DNA from: Polyangiaceae bacterium
Lineage (GTDB): Bacteria > Myxococcota_A > Polyangia > Polyangiales > Polyangiaceae
Length of the DNA: 64,000 bases
Assembly: GCA_965222375.1 (NCBI GenBank)
Contig: CBDCTZ010000016.1
Coordinates: 352,001 to 416,000, forward strand
Reading direction: 5' to 3'
Positions 39,030-49,438 of the stretch are shown piece by piece. A program made the position numbers and the translations under genes. Numbering within the stretch: the stretch's first letter is position 1; each line of letters begins with the position of its first letter. The notes under the pieces are model-generated. The model did not search any database. It was not told the DNA's origin and saw nothing but the letters and a program-made list of their open reading frames with translations.

Positions 39030-39455
39030 GCCGAGCACGGCAAAGGTGAGAGAGATGCTGAGAAAGAATGGGCCCGCGTCCGAGAAGAACAGCTCACTAA
39101 CGTCTGTGACGTAGGCTGAATCGCTGGAAAACGGACGTTCATTGAACCCGACGCCGCCACCGGGCGGTGGTTTCGGATGCAGTTTGACGGTCGGGCTGGG
39201 TGTGCCGCTGGCGAGGCTGACAAAGTAGGTCTCGGGCTGCAGGGCCGTTTCTTGGCTCGCCGAGTAGACCATCGCCTCCCCGACGCCGCTGCTACCTCCA
39301 GTCGTGCCGCCGCTGCCACCGGTGGCGCCACCTATGCCCCCATCGGTCCCAGCGCTACCACCACCGCCGCCGCTCTCGTCGTCGCTGCCGCAGCTGGCGA
39401 TGAACAAACCAAAGACGATGCAACCGACCCGCCCCCATCCCACCATGTTTTCCAA
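39030..39455 (-). pseudogene. Probable truncated Gly-rich lipoprotein
   Basis: IASCGSDDESGGGG N-terminus; frame runs on into the next gene; 3' boundary approximate. Confidence 0.4.
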
Positions 39456-39788
39456 GCTACTACCCAGAGAGACAGAGGTGGGGACAAACCTAACCCATCA
39501 CCGTCGGCGGGCTTCCGTTACGTCACGAGGTCTCGCAACCCGTAGCCGGAGGTTGCCTAGCGCTGAAACTCAACTCGGCACGATCGCGATTTGCCCGTCG
39601 CCAGCGATCACTCGCCAAAGCGCGATCGCAGGGGGGCGTGTGGCGCATTTCCTCTCTGCGTGGGCCCGTGTTTGCCGAAACGGGCAGGGCGGCGCGCGAC
39701 GCGTTCGGTTGCCACTTGGCTCCAGTGCGTTGACCAATCTCAAGATCAGGCCTGCGTAACCCGATCGGTGTGCGGTACAAGGCGATTC

Positions 39789-41324
39789 ATGGCGGCGAAA
39801 AAGAGCAGCAAGGGCGGCAACCGCCCCAAGAAGTCGCCAGGCAAGAGGGCGAAGTCAGCTGCGAAGCGCGGCGCGGTGCCCAGCAAGGGCGCGCAGCCGG
39901 CTGCGAAACGCGGCGCTGCTGCCGACACGGGTGCGAAGTCGGCGAAAGGCGGCGCGGCGTCCGGCAAGGGTGCGAAGCCCGCTGCGAAACGTGGTTCCGC
40001 GGCTTCACGCGGTGGGAAGCGCACGGCGCGGTCTAGCGCGTCCTCGGGGCTGAGCGGGGCTGCGCGGCGGATCGCGGAAGCTACGGGAAAGGCGCCGCCG
40101 CTGCGGCCTCGGGAACGGAAGCAGCGCCGCGCGCTGACTCATGTGGGTGGACCCATCGAGACGGCGGGTGACGCGCGGCTCGCGGAGGTGTTGCGCCGCG
40201 CGTTGGACGTCAGTGCGGATGAAAAGCGCACGCGAGCGGATGTACACGGATTTCACACTTATCCGGCGCGCATGCACCCGGACACGGCGTTTTCGCTGGT
40301 GATCTCATTGAGCCCGGAGGGCGGGCGGGTGCTCGATCCCTTTTGCGGCAGCGGCACAGTGGTGGCGGAGGCGCGCCGCGCGGGTCGTCGCGCTTTTGGT
40401 GTCGATGCGAACCCTCTCGCCTGCGAGCTCGCTTGGCTCAAAGCCCGGGGCATCACTGTGGACGAGAGCGCTATGCTCGCGGAAGCCGCGATGGAGATGC
40501 GGGAGCATGCGGACGTACGTCGCAAGAAGAAGCAAGGCGCCACGCAGCGTTACCCCCACGAAGACGTCGCACTCTTCGAGCCCCACGTATTGCTCGAACT
40601 AGACGGGCTGCGAGATGGGCTACGCTCCCTCCCGGGCAGCGACATCAGGCGCATGCTGTGGTTGGTGCTTTCGTCGCTGATTGGCAAAGTCAGTCGCCGC
40701 TCCGGGGATACGACTTCCGAAGCTGCGCCGCGGCGGCTTGGCGCGGGTTACACCGCCAAATTGTTTCAACGGCGCGCGGAAGAGCTCGGCAAGCGCATGC
40801 GGGAGTACTCGACGTCGCTGCCGAGCGGCGCACCGGCTGCAAAGGTCCGAACCGGTGACGCCCGGGACGTCGGTTACATCACCTCCGGTGGCATGGACTT
40901 GATCGCCACCTCGCCGCCCTATGCTGGTGTGTACGACTACTACGAGCATCATGCCGCGCGCCTGCGTTGGCTCGGCCTTCCCGCCTCACAATTCGAGTCG
41001 TCGGAGCTCGGCGCGCGGCGTCGGTTGGGCTCCCTGCCCTTCGCAAAAGCTCTGGGACGCTACCAGCAGGACTTCAATCGAGTCATCGAAGAGATGGCCC
41101 GGGTGCTCACCCCCAAAGGGCACGTCGCTTTTCAGGTCGCTGACAGCACCCTCGACGGGCGCGCCGTCCACGCTGACCGCTTGATCGAGCAGATGGCGGG
41201 CGCTCACGGCTTGGTGGTGGTGGCTCGCGCCAAACAGAAGCGCCCCAACTTCCACGCCGGCAGCCAGCGCGCCTTCGCCGGCCGCCCCCGCGCGGAGCAC
41301 TTGCTGCTTTTGAAGCGTCGCTAG
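39789..41324 (+). CDS. Orphan amino (probably N4-cytosine) DNA methyltransferase with Lys/Ala-rich N-terminal tail
   Basis: HGFHTYPARM, LDPFCGSGT (motif I), TSPPY (motif IV); AAKRG repeats. Confidence 0.8.
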   Translation: MAAKKSSKGGNRPKKSPGKRAKSAAKRGAVPSKGAQPAAKRGAAADTGAKSAKGGAASGKGAKPAAKRGSAASRGGKRTARSSASSGLSGAARRIAEATGKAPPLRPRERKQRRALTHVGGPIETAGDARLAEVLRRALDVSADEKRTRADVHGFHTYPARMHPDTAFSLVISLSPEGGRVLDPFCGSGTVVAEARRAGRRAFGVDANPLACELAWLKARGITVDESAMLAEAAMEMREHADVRRKKKQGATQRYPHEDVALFEPHVLLELDGLRDGLRSLPGSDIRRMLWLVLSSLIGKVSRRSGDTTSEAAPRRLGAGYTAKLFQRRAEELGKRMREYSTSLPSGAPAAKVRTGDARDVGYITSGGMDLIATSPPYAGVYDYYEHHAARLRWLGLPASQFESSELGARRRLGSLPFAKALGRYQQDFNRVIEEMARVLTPKGHVAFQVADSTLDGRAVHADRLIEQMAGAHGLVVVARAKQKRPNFHAGSQRAFAGRPRAEHLLLLKRR

Positions 41325-41405
41325 CGCCCCGCCGGCAGCCAGCGCGCCTTCGCCGGCCACCCCCGCGCGGAGCACTTGCTGCTTTTGAAGCGTCGCTAGC
41401 GCCCC
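41255..41405. repeat. 75-bp tandem duplication of the methyltransferase 3' end
   Basis: Units at 41255 and 41330, one visible mismatch. Confidence 0.9.
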
Positions 41406-41609
41406 TGCGCTTGGCGCTGCCAGCACTTGCCACTCTTGGCGCGGCGCCGAGCCCTCGGACGCCCGTCTCGAATTAGCGAGCCAGGACCGCGGCGAGAGGC
41501 ACGCGTCCATGGCCCGGAGCGCTGCGACAATCCGCCGCCCAAATGCAGACGAGGCCCGCCAGCTTGCGCTGACAGACCTCGCGCCGAGCACTCAGTGCTC
41601 TCTGCTCGC

Positions 41610-44405
41610 TTACTGAATGACTACGAGCTCGTCTTTGGTGTCGTCGTAGGCGTACAGCTTCTTGGCGACTCGGTCGAAACCGAGGCCGTATACGCTGCTG
41701 GTCAGGCTGGTGAAGTTCACCAGCTTGTCCGAGTAGGCCGCTCCACCGGGGTTGCACACGAAGAACACGTCGCCGGTGTAGCCCTTGTAGTAGATGAAGT
41801 CGGCCTTGCCGTCGTTGTTGTTGTCGTGGATGGCGAAGCCATTCTTGGTGGTGTTGAGGTCCCAGAGGTCCGTGATCAAGCTGACCGCACCGTTGCTGCG
41901 CTGGACCTTGATCAGACGCTCGCCGTCGCCACAGGCCAGGTAGAAGTAGGTGTCGTCGACACCGAGGCCCGAGCAGTAGCGCTGGCCGGGGACCGCCCGC
42001 TCGAAGGTGGCCGCAACGGGGAGCGTGCCCGTGGCGGGTACCCGCCAGATCTCCGTATCGGTCGAGGTCGAGGACTCGTGGGTCAGCATGTAGATTTGAC
42101 CCTTGTAGGAGTGCGCTCCAATCAGATCATCCGACGGAGAACCCGGGAAAGAAGCGTAGTCCTGGAGCATCCAGCCCACACCGCCGTTGGTGCTAATGCG
42201 CCAGATGCGGCCCTTGTTGCCGGAGCTCAGGTTGTCCAGGGTGTAGATGTTGTTGCCGTCGATCAACATCCCATAGCCCACGTTCGAGCTGCCCAGCACG
42301 GCCGCGGAGTACACGTTCTCCCAAGCGCCACCGGTCTTCTTCGTGCGGTAGAGGCCGGAGGTGCCGCCGATGTAGACCCAACCCGCGGGGTTGGTGTCTG
42401 CCTGGACGTAGTACTCGAAGATGCCGACCGTGCTCCCAGTGGAGTGCCGAGTGACCGTGGTACCAACCATGCCGCCGGCGCCCGGAGTGCAAGGCGGATT
42501 GACCACCTTGAAGGTCCAGGTGGGCGGGGGAACTGGCTTGTTGCAGGTCGAGTCTTCCAGGCCGGTCCAGCTGACGGTGACGTTGTCACCGGGCTTGAGG
42601 CCGGAGCTGGCGATGACGAGCTTCTTGTTCGAGTTCGACCACGTCACGCTCGCCGGGCTGGTGGACAGGTCGTAGGAGAGGTTCGTCGTCGCTCCCTTGA
42701 CCGTGATGATGCCCTTCGAGGGGTTGACCGCCGCGTCGAAGTCGACCTCGAGGTTCGGAGACAAGGTGGTTGTCGTGGAACCGTGCAAGGGCTGAACCAC
42801 CGTCGCTTTGGCTGCGAACACTGCGCAGTTGAGCTCCGTGATGTTGACCGTGAGGGGGTCAGACAGCACGCCGCTGCCGCTGGTCGTGTCGCGGATGTAG
42901 ATGTACACGGGCTTGTTCTGAGTAACGTTCGCCGTCACGTCCATCGACGTCTTGGTGTATTCGGAGAGGCAGGCCAGGCTCGGGTTCAGCGTCCCGCAGG
43001 TCTGGTCCGACACGACCATGGTCCAGCGCGTGCTGCCGGGCTTGTTGATCGAGATGTCGATGCTGCCGTTGAAGGTCGGGTTATATCGCATCACGACGTC
43101 CGGGCCCGTGAGGAATGAGGAGCCGCAGCTCGGGTTCGACGTCAGGTGATCCGCCTTGGTCGCGGTCCAGTTCACGGTGTTGGCGCCCTTCTTCACTTCC
43201 CAGGCCGTGCCGCAGTCCTCGCCCGTGATGGGCGCGGTGACGCAGCTGGGAGTGCCGCCCGTGGCGCTGCAGGTCTGCCCGATGGGGCAGGTAGTGACCG
43301 TCTGCCACTCTTTGCAGGTGTTGCCGAGCAGGTTGCAGGTCTGAATCGTGTTGAACTGGCAGCGCTGCTCGCCCGTGGTGGTGCAGGGGTTGGCGCAGGT
43401 GGGTTGACAAGCAGCCGTCTGAGCGCCGGTCAGCTTGCACAGCCACTCGGCACCCTTGGCGCTGCAGTCTTCGCCCGGTGAGAACACCAGGCAGCCGTTG
43501 ACGTCCTTCTTGCAGGTGTTGACCACGCTGCCGATGCAGGTCTGCAGGTTTTCCTTGGCGCACTGGTTGGAGCAACCGCTGACGCAGGCCTGGGCCGAGG
43601 CGTCGCAGCTTCCACCCGAGGCGGCGCAGTTTTCAGTGGTGCTCCAGTACAGGCAGTTGCTGCCGTTATCCAGGCAGGTCTGCAGGTCGTTGCCGCTGCA
43701 CTGCTTCTGGCCTGGCGTCGTGCACTGGCTGATGCAGGTGCCCGTGCACATGGCATTGCCGGAAGTGGCGTCGCAGGACTGTCCGGTTGCCGCGCAGTCC
43801 TGGCTCCCCGCCCACACCAAGCAGCCGTCGATGCCTTTTTGGCAGGTTTCGATCTGAGTGCCGTTGCAGTGGGTTGCGCCTTCCGTCGGGCAGGCGTTGA
43901 CGCAACCTTGGCAGCCCGCGGTCCCGTTCGCAGCGCTGCAACCCTGGCCCAGATCTTCACAGTTCGTGATGGGCACCCAGAGGCGGCAGCCCGCCTGGGT
44001 CTTGTTGCAAGACTCGATGACGTTGCCGTTGCACTGGGTCGAACCTTCAGTCGGGCAGGCATCGTTGCAGCAGCCGGTGATATTCAAGGTGCAATCGGGA
44101 TTGCAGCTCGCTCCGCCGGCTTCGTAGCCAACGTGTGAGCAGTCCTTCTTGAAGATCTGACCGTCGCAGTTCTCACCCGCCTCGACGACGCCGTTACCAC
44201 AGGTGCCGCACTGGCCCCCCGCGCACGATGCGCAGTCGGAGCTGCAATCGAAGACCGACTCACCGGCTTCGCAAACGTTGTTGCCGCAGACCGGGTCAGC
44301 CCCGGTGCCGGGCACAGCTGGGTCTGTGTCGCTGCCGCAACCAGCGAAGACGATTGCCATCGTCACCGCCAAACTCACCCCCAACCAGATGCGCGCACCT
44401 TTCAT
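41610..44405 (-). CDS. Large Cys-rich lipoprotein with Ig-like and propeller-like C-terminal regions
   Basis: FAGC lipobox, CGNGVVEAGENCD myxobacterial Cys repeat, repeated C..G..QC.GN..QTC units. Confidence 0.85.
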   Translation of the reverse strand: MKGARIWLGVSLAVTMAIVFAGCGSDTDPAVPGTGADPVCGNNVCEAGESVFDCSSDCASCAGGQCGTCGNGVVEAGENCDGQIFKKDCSHVGYEAGGASCNPDCTLNITGCCNDACPTEGSTQCNGNVIESCNKTQAGCRLWVPITNCEDLGQGCSAANGTAGCQGCVNACPTEGATHCNGTQIETCQKGIDGCLVWAGSQDCAATGQSCDATSGNAMCTGTCISQCTTPGQKQCSGNDLQTCLDNGSNCLYWSTTENCAASGGSCDASAQACVSGCSNQCAKENLQTCIGSVVNTCKKDVNGCLVFSPGEDCSAKGAEWLCKLTGAQTAACQPTCANPCTTTGEQRCQFNTIQTCNLLGNTCKEWQTVTTCPIGQTCSATGGTPSCVTAPITGEDCGTAWEVKKGANTVNWTATKADHLTSNPSCGSSFLTGPDVVMRYNPTFNGSIDISINKPGSTRWTMVVSDQTCGTLNPSLACLSEYTKTSMDVTANVTQNKPVYIYIRDTTSGSGVLSDPLTVNITELNCAVFAAKATVVQPLHGSTTTTLSPNLEVDFDAAVNPSKGIITVKGATTNLSYDLSTSPASVTWSNSNKKLVIASSGLKPGDNVTVSWTGLEDSTCNKPVPPPTWTFKVVNPPCTPGAGGMVGTTVTRHSTGSTVGIFEYYVQADTNPAGWVYIGGTSGLYRTKKTGGAWENVYSAAVLGSSNVGYGMLIDGNNIYTLDNLSSGNKGRIWRISTNGGVGWMLQDYASFPGSPSDDLIGAHSYKGQIYMLTHESSTSTDTEIWRVPATGTLPVAATFERAVPGQRYCSGLGVDDTYFYLACGDGERLIKVQRSNGAVSLITDLWDLNTTKNGFAIHDNNNDGKADFIYYKGYTGDVFFVCNPGGAAYSDKLVNFTSLTSSVYGLGFDRVAKKLYAYDDTKDELVVIQ

Positions 44406-44645
44406 GACATCGTCTCCCAATCACTTACGCCTTGCGTCGACACATTCCCCGACGCCACCAGCTCGAGTTTCTTGCACTCGAACTTTGACTTTTTCACGCT
44501 CTGCCCGGAGCGCTCAAAGCAGGCCCAGGCGGCTGAAATGACTGATATCGGCCCTCCGCGCAAGGGTAGACGCGGATTTTTCGTCTCGGCTGGAATTGTG
44601 TACCCCTGTCCAGATGCGCCCCGTCCGGACGCAAATCCGATGATT

Positions 44646-45476
44646 CTAGGGGTTTGCCGGTCGGTTGCGCCAGGCGCGCAAAAAGAGGGCGCCCACTCCC
44701 GCGACGATGGCCACGGTGGTGTGCCCGAGGCCCAAATGTATCGGGGCCGTCAGCGCGCAGTGCAGCTCGAGGGCCGCGACCCCCAGCAGGCCGGCGGCGA
44801 GAATCAAGAACACGGGACGCGCACTCTTGGGCTCCCGCGCGAGGCGCAACGCAACCCCACCCATCACGAGTCCGACGCCGCTGCCGTACAAGAAGCAACC
44901 CACGGCACGCGGAATCAAATCGTCTCCGACACCCACGACCGAAAGCGGATGGGCCATGTGCGCCTGGGGGAACGTGACAAATGCGACGGGAACGATGATG
45001 GCGATTGCGAGTAGCCCCCACTCGGCCATGCGCGGCGGCAAGGCGCGATCGAAGCGCCACAGCCCGAGTCGCACCAAAGCGACTACCAGGGCGACATAGG
45101 TTGCAACCGTCGCATATAGGCGCAGCCGCGGATAGACGTCGATATCCCCGCGCAAGCTGAACAGCGCGACTACGGTGAGTAAAACCGCGGCCACGCCGCC
45201 CACGACCGCGACTCGGCGAGCAGTGCTCCAACCCCGCAGTGCGTTCAGCCCGGACGACTCCGCCTCGAGTGCCGAGCGCAATCGACTCAGAGCCTCTCCG
45301 CTGGCGGCGGACTCTTCGGCCTCCCCGCTGAGCATGGCTTGCGCGAGCTCGGCGTCGTTGGCCAGCAGCTCCGCGCACGCTTCACAGCCCTCTGCATGGG
45401 CGAGAAGCTCCTCGCTTGGGGATTCCCCGGCGCGAAGGGCACGATGTAGGTGCTGGCAGGTGGACATGTCCGTCAT
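44646..45476 (-). CDS. Membrane anti-sigma factor (zinc-finger, NrsF/DUF1109-like)
   Basis: HAEGCEAC motif, multiple TM helices, LHC...H; ATGA overlap with the sigma gene. Confidence 0.75.
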   Translation of the reverse strand: MTDMSTCQHLHRALRAGESPSEELLAHAEGCEACAELLANDAELAQAMLSGEAEESAASGEALSRLRSALEAESSGLNALRGWSTARRVAVVGGVAAVLLTVVALFSLRGDIDVYPRLRLYATVATYVALVVALVRLGLWRFDRALPPRMAEWGLLAIAIIVPVAFVTFPQAHMAHPLSVVGVGDDLIPRAVGCFLYGSGVGLVMGGVALRLAREPKSARPVFLILAAGLLGVAALELHCALTAPIHLGLGHTTVAIVAGVGALFLRAWRNRPANP

Positions 45477-46033
45477 TGGCTTATGCCCTCGGAGGGAGGT
45501 GGGTTACCGAGTTCCGCCAGTTCCACCCGCAATGCGGCATATCCGCGGTGGGCTCGCACCTTGACTGCCGAAACGGAGGCATCGACCAGCTGGGCCACCT
45601 CCGGGAAGGGCAGCCCGGCCAGCCAGTGCAGTGCGATGACCTCGGCCTGGTCCTGCGGGATGCGCGCCAGAGCGTGGCGGAGGGCCTGGGCGGCGTCGAA
45701 GCGTTCGGCTCCGCGAGGGCCTTCCGAGGGGTCTGCGCGACCGTCCAGCTCCAGTGACGCTTCGGGCCGCCGCTTGCGGCGCCGGAACAGCTCGCGCTTT
45801 AGGTTGAAGCCGATGGTGAACAGCCAGGGACGCAGGCGGGCGTTGAGATCGAAGTCGTTCCGCGCGCGGTGAAGTTGAAGGAACGTCTGCTGCACGAGAT
45901 CTTCGGCCGCGGCGATGGAGAGATCCCGACCGAGCACGCGCGTGAGCATCGGCGCATAGCGACGAAAAAGTTCGTCGAAAGACGCGCTGTCGCCCCCCAC
46001 GTAGGCGCGCATCAGCTCCTCGTCGGTCTTCAC
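45473..46033 (-). CDS. ECF RNA polymerase sigma factor
   Basis: TDEELM...AEDLVQQTFL...RPWLFTI...EVAQLV...AVKVRAHRG. Confidence 0.92.
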   Translation of the reverse strand: MKTDEELMRAYVGGDSASFDELFRRYAPMLTRVLGRDLSIAAAEDLVQQTFLQLHRARNDFDLNARLRPWLFTIGFNLKRELFRRRKRRPEASLELDGRADPSEGPRGAERFDAAQALRHALARIPQDQAEVIALHWLAGLPFPEVAQLVDASVSAVKVRAHRGYAALRVELAELGNPPPSEGISQ

Positions 46034-46060
46034 TGACCCGGATTGTATGTGTCGGTCGAC

Positions 46061-46096
46061 AAAGCAAAAGGGGCGGCTCTGAAAAGCCGCCCCTTT
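46061..46096 (-). terminator. Rho-independent terminator
   Basis: AAAGGGGCGGCT/AGCCGCCCCTTT stem with T-rich tail on the minus strand, after the 46119 stop. Confidence 0.8.
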
Positions 46097-46118
46097 CCCG
46101 GGATTGCACTGGCTTTTT

Positions 46119-47603
46119 CTAGCGCCGACGCCGGCGACCCAGAGCGAGGGCTGCCAGGAATGCCGCCAGCGCCCCGCCGGGAGCCGAAGGCGTTTGGCTC
46201 GGCACCCGGCAGCCGCAGCCGCCGTCGTCATCGGCTTGCAGGGGCGGCATCGTTCCGCCGTCGGTGCCCGCGTCGGTCGCTCCGCCTCCGCCGCTGCTTG
46301 GCGTGCCGCCGGAGCTGACGCTTCCGCCCGTCGCTGCGCCGCCACCGCCCGCGCTGCCTGAACTTCCGCCCGCGCCCGCGCTACCGCTTGCGCCCGCGCT
46401 ACCGCTTGCGCCCGCACTTCCACCCGCGCCCGCGCTACCGCTTGCGCCCGCACTTCCACCCGCGCCCGCGCTACCGCTTGCGCCCGCGCTACCGCTTGCG
46501 CCCGCACTTCCACCCGCGCCCGCGCTACCCGATGCGCCACCGCTACCCGCTGCGCCCGCGCTTCCGCCCGCGCCGCCGGTTCCGCCACAGCCAGGGATCG
46601 GAGTGTTCACGCAGCCCGTGGTTGCCCCGCAACTATCCTTGGTGCAGGGGTCATTGTCGTTGCAGTTGATCTTCGTGTTGCTGCAAGCGCCCGAAGTGGG
46701 ATCACAGCTGTCGGTGGTGCAGAGGTCGTTGTCGTTGCAGTTTTTCGGCGTGTTCACACAGCCCGTGGGGGAAACGCAGCTGTCCACGGTGCAAGCGTTC
46801 TTGTCGTTGCAGTCCAGCTTGCCGGTGCCCTTGGTGCAGATCCCTTGAGAGCACACGTCTCCAACCGTGCACTTGTCGCCGTCGTTGCAGGGCAGCGTGT
46901 TGAAGGAGCTGAGGCATGCGCCGGTGTTCGGGTTGCACGTGTCCGTGGTGCACACGTTGTTGTCGTTGCAACTCTTCGGGGCGCCTGAAGCACACTTCCC
47001 CGCGCCGTCGCAGATGTCACCCGTCGTGCAGGCGTTGCTGTCCGAGCAGGTGAGGTTCTTGGGCAGGTTCACCGAGCGGCACTTGCTCGCGTCCGCCGCG
47101 GCACAGGTCCCGAAGACGCAATTCGTGGTGCCACCTCGGCCAAAAGTGCAGCCGCCTCCCCCCGCGGCGACGCATTGACCGGCGCCATCGCAGACGCCAT
47201 CGCAAGGATTGCCACTGATGGCCGGCCGACAAGCGGCCCCCTTGGCGGCGGGTGCGTTCACGCACGCACCGTTGAAGCATCTATTCGCGCAGGCTGCGTT
47301 GCCCAGGCTCGAGTTGGTTCCGCAGGTGGCGCCATTCATTGCAGTCGTGCCCGCGGCATCGAGCTGCGTGCAGGCTGCGCTGAAGGAGCCCGTGGGCGTG
47401 CAGATTCCTTGGCACTCCAAGAGCGGTCCCGAGCCGTCCGGATCACACGGCAACCCGACTGTGAAGTAGTTGCAGGGCCCGGTGATGGCCTCCTGGGTCG
47501 AGTTCGTGTCCTCTTCGAACACCGGGCTTCCATCATCCGCTGATGCGCACGCTGCCAGAGCGAGACCGGTGCCCGTTGCCAAAGAAATCCAGAGCCTACG
47601 CAT
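46119..47603 (-). CDS. Cys-rich repeat surface protein with MYXO-CTERM-type anchor (paralogue 2)
   Basis: CNDNNxCTxDxC repeats, Gly/Ala/Ser linker, DDGGCGCRVP-TM-RRRRR; GGAGG SD. Confidence 0.9.
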   Translation of the reverse strand: MRRLWISLATGTGLALAACASADDGSPVFEEDTNSTQEAITGPCNYFTVGLPCDPDGSGPLLECQGICTPTGSFSAACTQLDAAGTTAMNGATCGTNSSLGNAACANRCFNGACVNAPAAKGAACRPAISGNPCDGVCDGAGQCVAAGGGGCTFGRGGTTNCVFGTCAAADASKCRSVNLPKNLTCSDSNACTTGDICDGAGKCASGAPKSCNDNNVCTTDTCNPNTGACLSSFNTLPCNDGDKCTVGDVCSQGICTKGTGKLDCNDKNACTVDSCVSPTGCVNTPKNCNDNDLCTTDSCDPTSGACSNTKINCNDNDPCTKDSCGATTGCVNTPIPGCGGTGGAGGSAGAAGSGGASGSAGAGGSAGASGSAGASGSAGAGGSAGASGSAGAGGSAGASGSAGASGSAGAGGSSGSAGGGGAATGGSVSSGGTPSSGGGGATDAGTDGGTMPPLQADDDGGCGCRVPSQTPSAPGGALAAFLAALALGRRRRR

Positions 47604-47721
47604 GTGAAACCTCCCGTGGGGCGCCCGCGAGCGCCAAGGCAACACGGAACGTAGCTCAGGAGCGGGAGTGGGGCGAGGAATGGGCCTGATCTGGTCCCCG
47701 GCCTTTCGTCTTGGCGTTCAC

Positions 47722-47759
47722 AAACGCAAAACGGGGCGGCCTGGCAACGGCCGCCCCGT
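47722..47759 (-). terminator. Rho-independent terminator
   Basis: ACGGGGCGGCC/GGCCGCCCCGT stem plus TTTTGCGTTT on the minus strand. Confidence 0.8.
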
Positions 47760-47777
47760 CTCGTCTGTCGCGCAGGC

Positions 47778-49211
47778 CTAGCGGCGTCGACGGCGAGCGA
47801 GGGCAAGCCCCGCAAGCGCCGCCAAGATTGCGCCACTCGGAGCGTTTGGCCCCCGGCTCGGGACCCGGCAACCACAGCCACTGTCATCCTCGGCATTGAG
47901 CGGCGGTTTCGTTCCGCCGTCCGCACCCGCGTCCACGGCTCCGGTTCCGCCGGTCGCCGTCCCCGCGGTCCCGGCGCTGCCGCCGGTCGCAGAGCCTGCA
48001 GTCCCAGCGCTGCCGCCACCTGCACCCGCGGCCCCAGCGCTGCCGCCACCGGCGCCCGCGCTGCCCGCCGTCCCGGCGCTGCCCGCCGTCCCGGCACTAC
48101 CCGCAGAGCCGGCGCTACCCGCCGCCCCGGCACTGCCTCCACCGGCCCCGGCGCTGCCTGCTGCTCCAGCGCTGCCCGCGGTGCCGCCACCGCCAGCAGA
48201 ACCCGCCGATCCTGCGCTACCCGCAGCGCCTGCCGATCCCGCGCTACCGCCGGCGCCACCCGTTCCACCACAACCAGTAATGGGCTTGTTCACGCAGCCG
48301 GTGAGGGTCTCGCAGCTGTCCACGGTGCAAGGGTCCTTGTCGTCGCAATCGACCTTCTTGTATTCGCAGGCGCCCGTCGTCGAGTTACAGCCATCGAGGG
48401 TGCAAGCGTCCTTGTCGTTGCAGTTCTTCGGCGTATTCGAGCACCCCGACGCCGCGCTGCAGTCGTCCTTGGTGCACGCATTCTTGTCGTCGCAGTCGAC
48501 TTTGCCGTAGCTGCACAGCCCCGTCGCTGGGACGCAGCTATCCGTGGTGCACATGTCTTTGTCGTTGCAGTTCTTCGCTGCACCGGGGGAGCATTCACCC
48601 GCGCCGTCGCACAGATCGCCCGAGGTGCACAGGTTGCCCTCCTCGCAGGCCAGGTTCTGAGGGAGGGGCCACTTGACGCACTTGGTGGCGTCCGCTGCTT
48701 CGCATCCCAAAAAGACACAACTCTGAGCGTTCTTGCCGCGCCCATATCGGCAACCGTTGGTACCCGTGGGCACGCACTTGCCCGCGCCGTCACAGGCGCC
48801 GTCACACGGGTTGCTGGTCTTGGATACGGCTAGCCGACAGGCCGCACCCTTCGGGGCGTTGGCCTTCTTGCAAACGCCGCTCGAGCAGACGCCCGCCGAG
48901 CACGCGCCATCTCCGACACCTGCCAAGGTTCCACAAGCTGCGCCGTTCAGCGCCGTGACGCCCGCCGTGTCTTGCTTTACGCACTTCCACGCCGTCCCAG
49001 TCGCCACGCACATACCTTCGCACTCGGTCGCGGTGCCGCCGGCGTCAGGATCACAGGGAAGGCCCACCGTGTAAGCGTTGCAGCTGCCCGCGATCGCTTC
49101 TTGGATCGAATCCGTTTCCTCCACGGGGTCGGGTCCACCGTCATCAGCAGACGCGCACGCCCCAATCCCCATAGCCGTAGCTGCCGCCAATGAAATCCAA
49201 AGCTTCCGCAT
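47778..49211 (-). CDS. Cys-rich repeat surface protein with MYXO-CTERM-type anchor (paralogue 1)
   Basis: Collinear with 46119-47603; DDSGCGCRVP-TM-RRRRR. Confidence 0.9.
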   Translation of the reverse strand: MRKLWISLAAATAMGIGACASADDGGPDPVEETDSIQEAIAGSCNAYTVGLPCDPDAGGTATECEGMCVATGTAWKCVKQDTAGVTALNGAACGTLAGVGDGACSAGVCSSGVCKKANAPKGAACRLAVSKTSNPCDGACDGAGKCVPTGTNGCRYGRGKNAQSCVFLGCEAADATKCVKWPLPQNLACEEGNLCTSGDLCDGAGECSPGAAKNCNDKDMCTTDSCVPATGLCSYGKVDCDDKNACTKDDCSAASGCSNTPKNCNDKDACTLDGCNSTTGACEYKKVDCDDKDPCTVDSCETLTGCVNKPITGCGGTGGAGGSAGSAGAAGSAGSAGSAGGGGTAGSAGAAGSAGAGGGSAGAAGSAGSAGSAGTAGSAGTAGSAGAGGGSAGAAGAGGGSAGTAGSATGGSAGTAGTATGGTGAVDAGADGGTKPPLNAEDDSGCGCRVPSRGPNAPSGAILAALAGLALARRRRR

Positions 49212-49438
49212 CGTGAATCCTCCCGTGGAGCGCCCTTCCCAGCGCTGAGACCCTCAACTCTAACCCAATAGGCGCTTCTGGCGAAGCCTGACTCCAAAAA
49301 AGGAACCCAACATGCGCGATGTCAGCAACGCTCAGATCCCGAATGTGAGCCCTATCTGAGCGGACCATGATCTTTGCCTGAACGGACTTTGAAGACGAGT
49401 GGCTTGCACTTCTCACGTGCTCGCCGCAGGTTCCGCCC

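Noticed and set aside
45473..46588. 371-aa sigma factor with ARAQAV-repeat N-terminus
   Set aside because: The extension is an alternative frame of the Gly/Ala linker of the upstream gene and crosses a terminator; the likely start is GTG 46033
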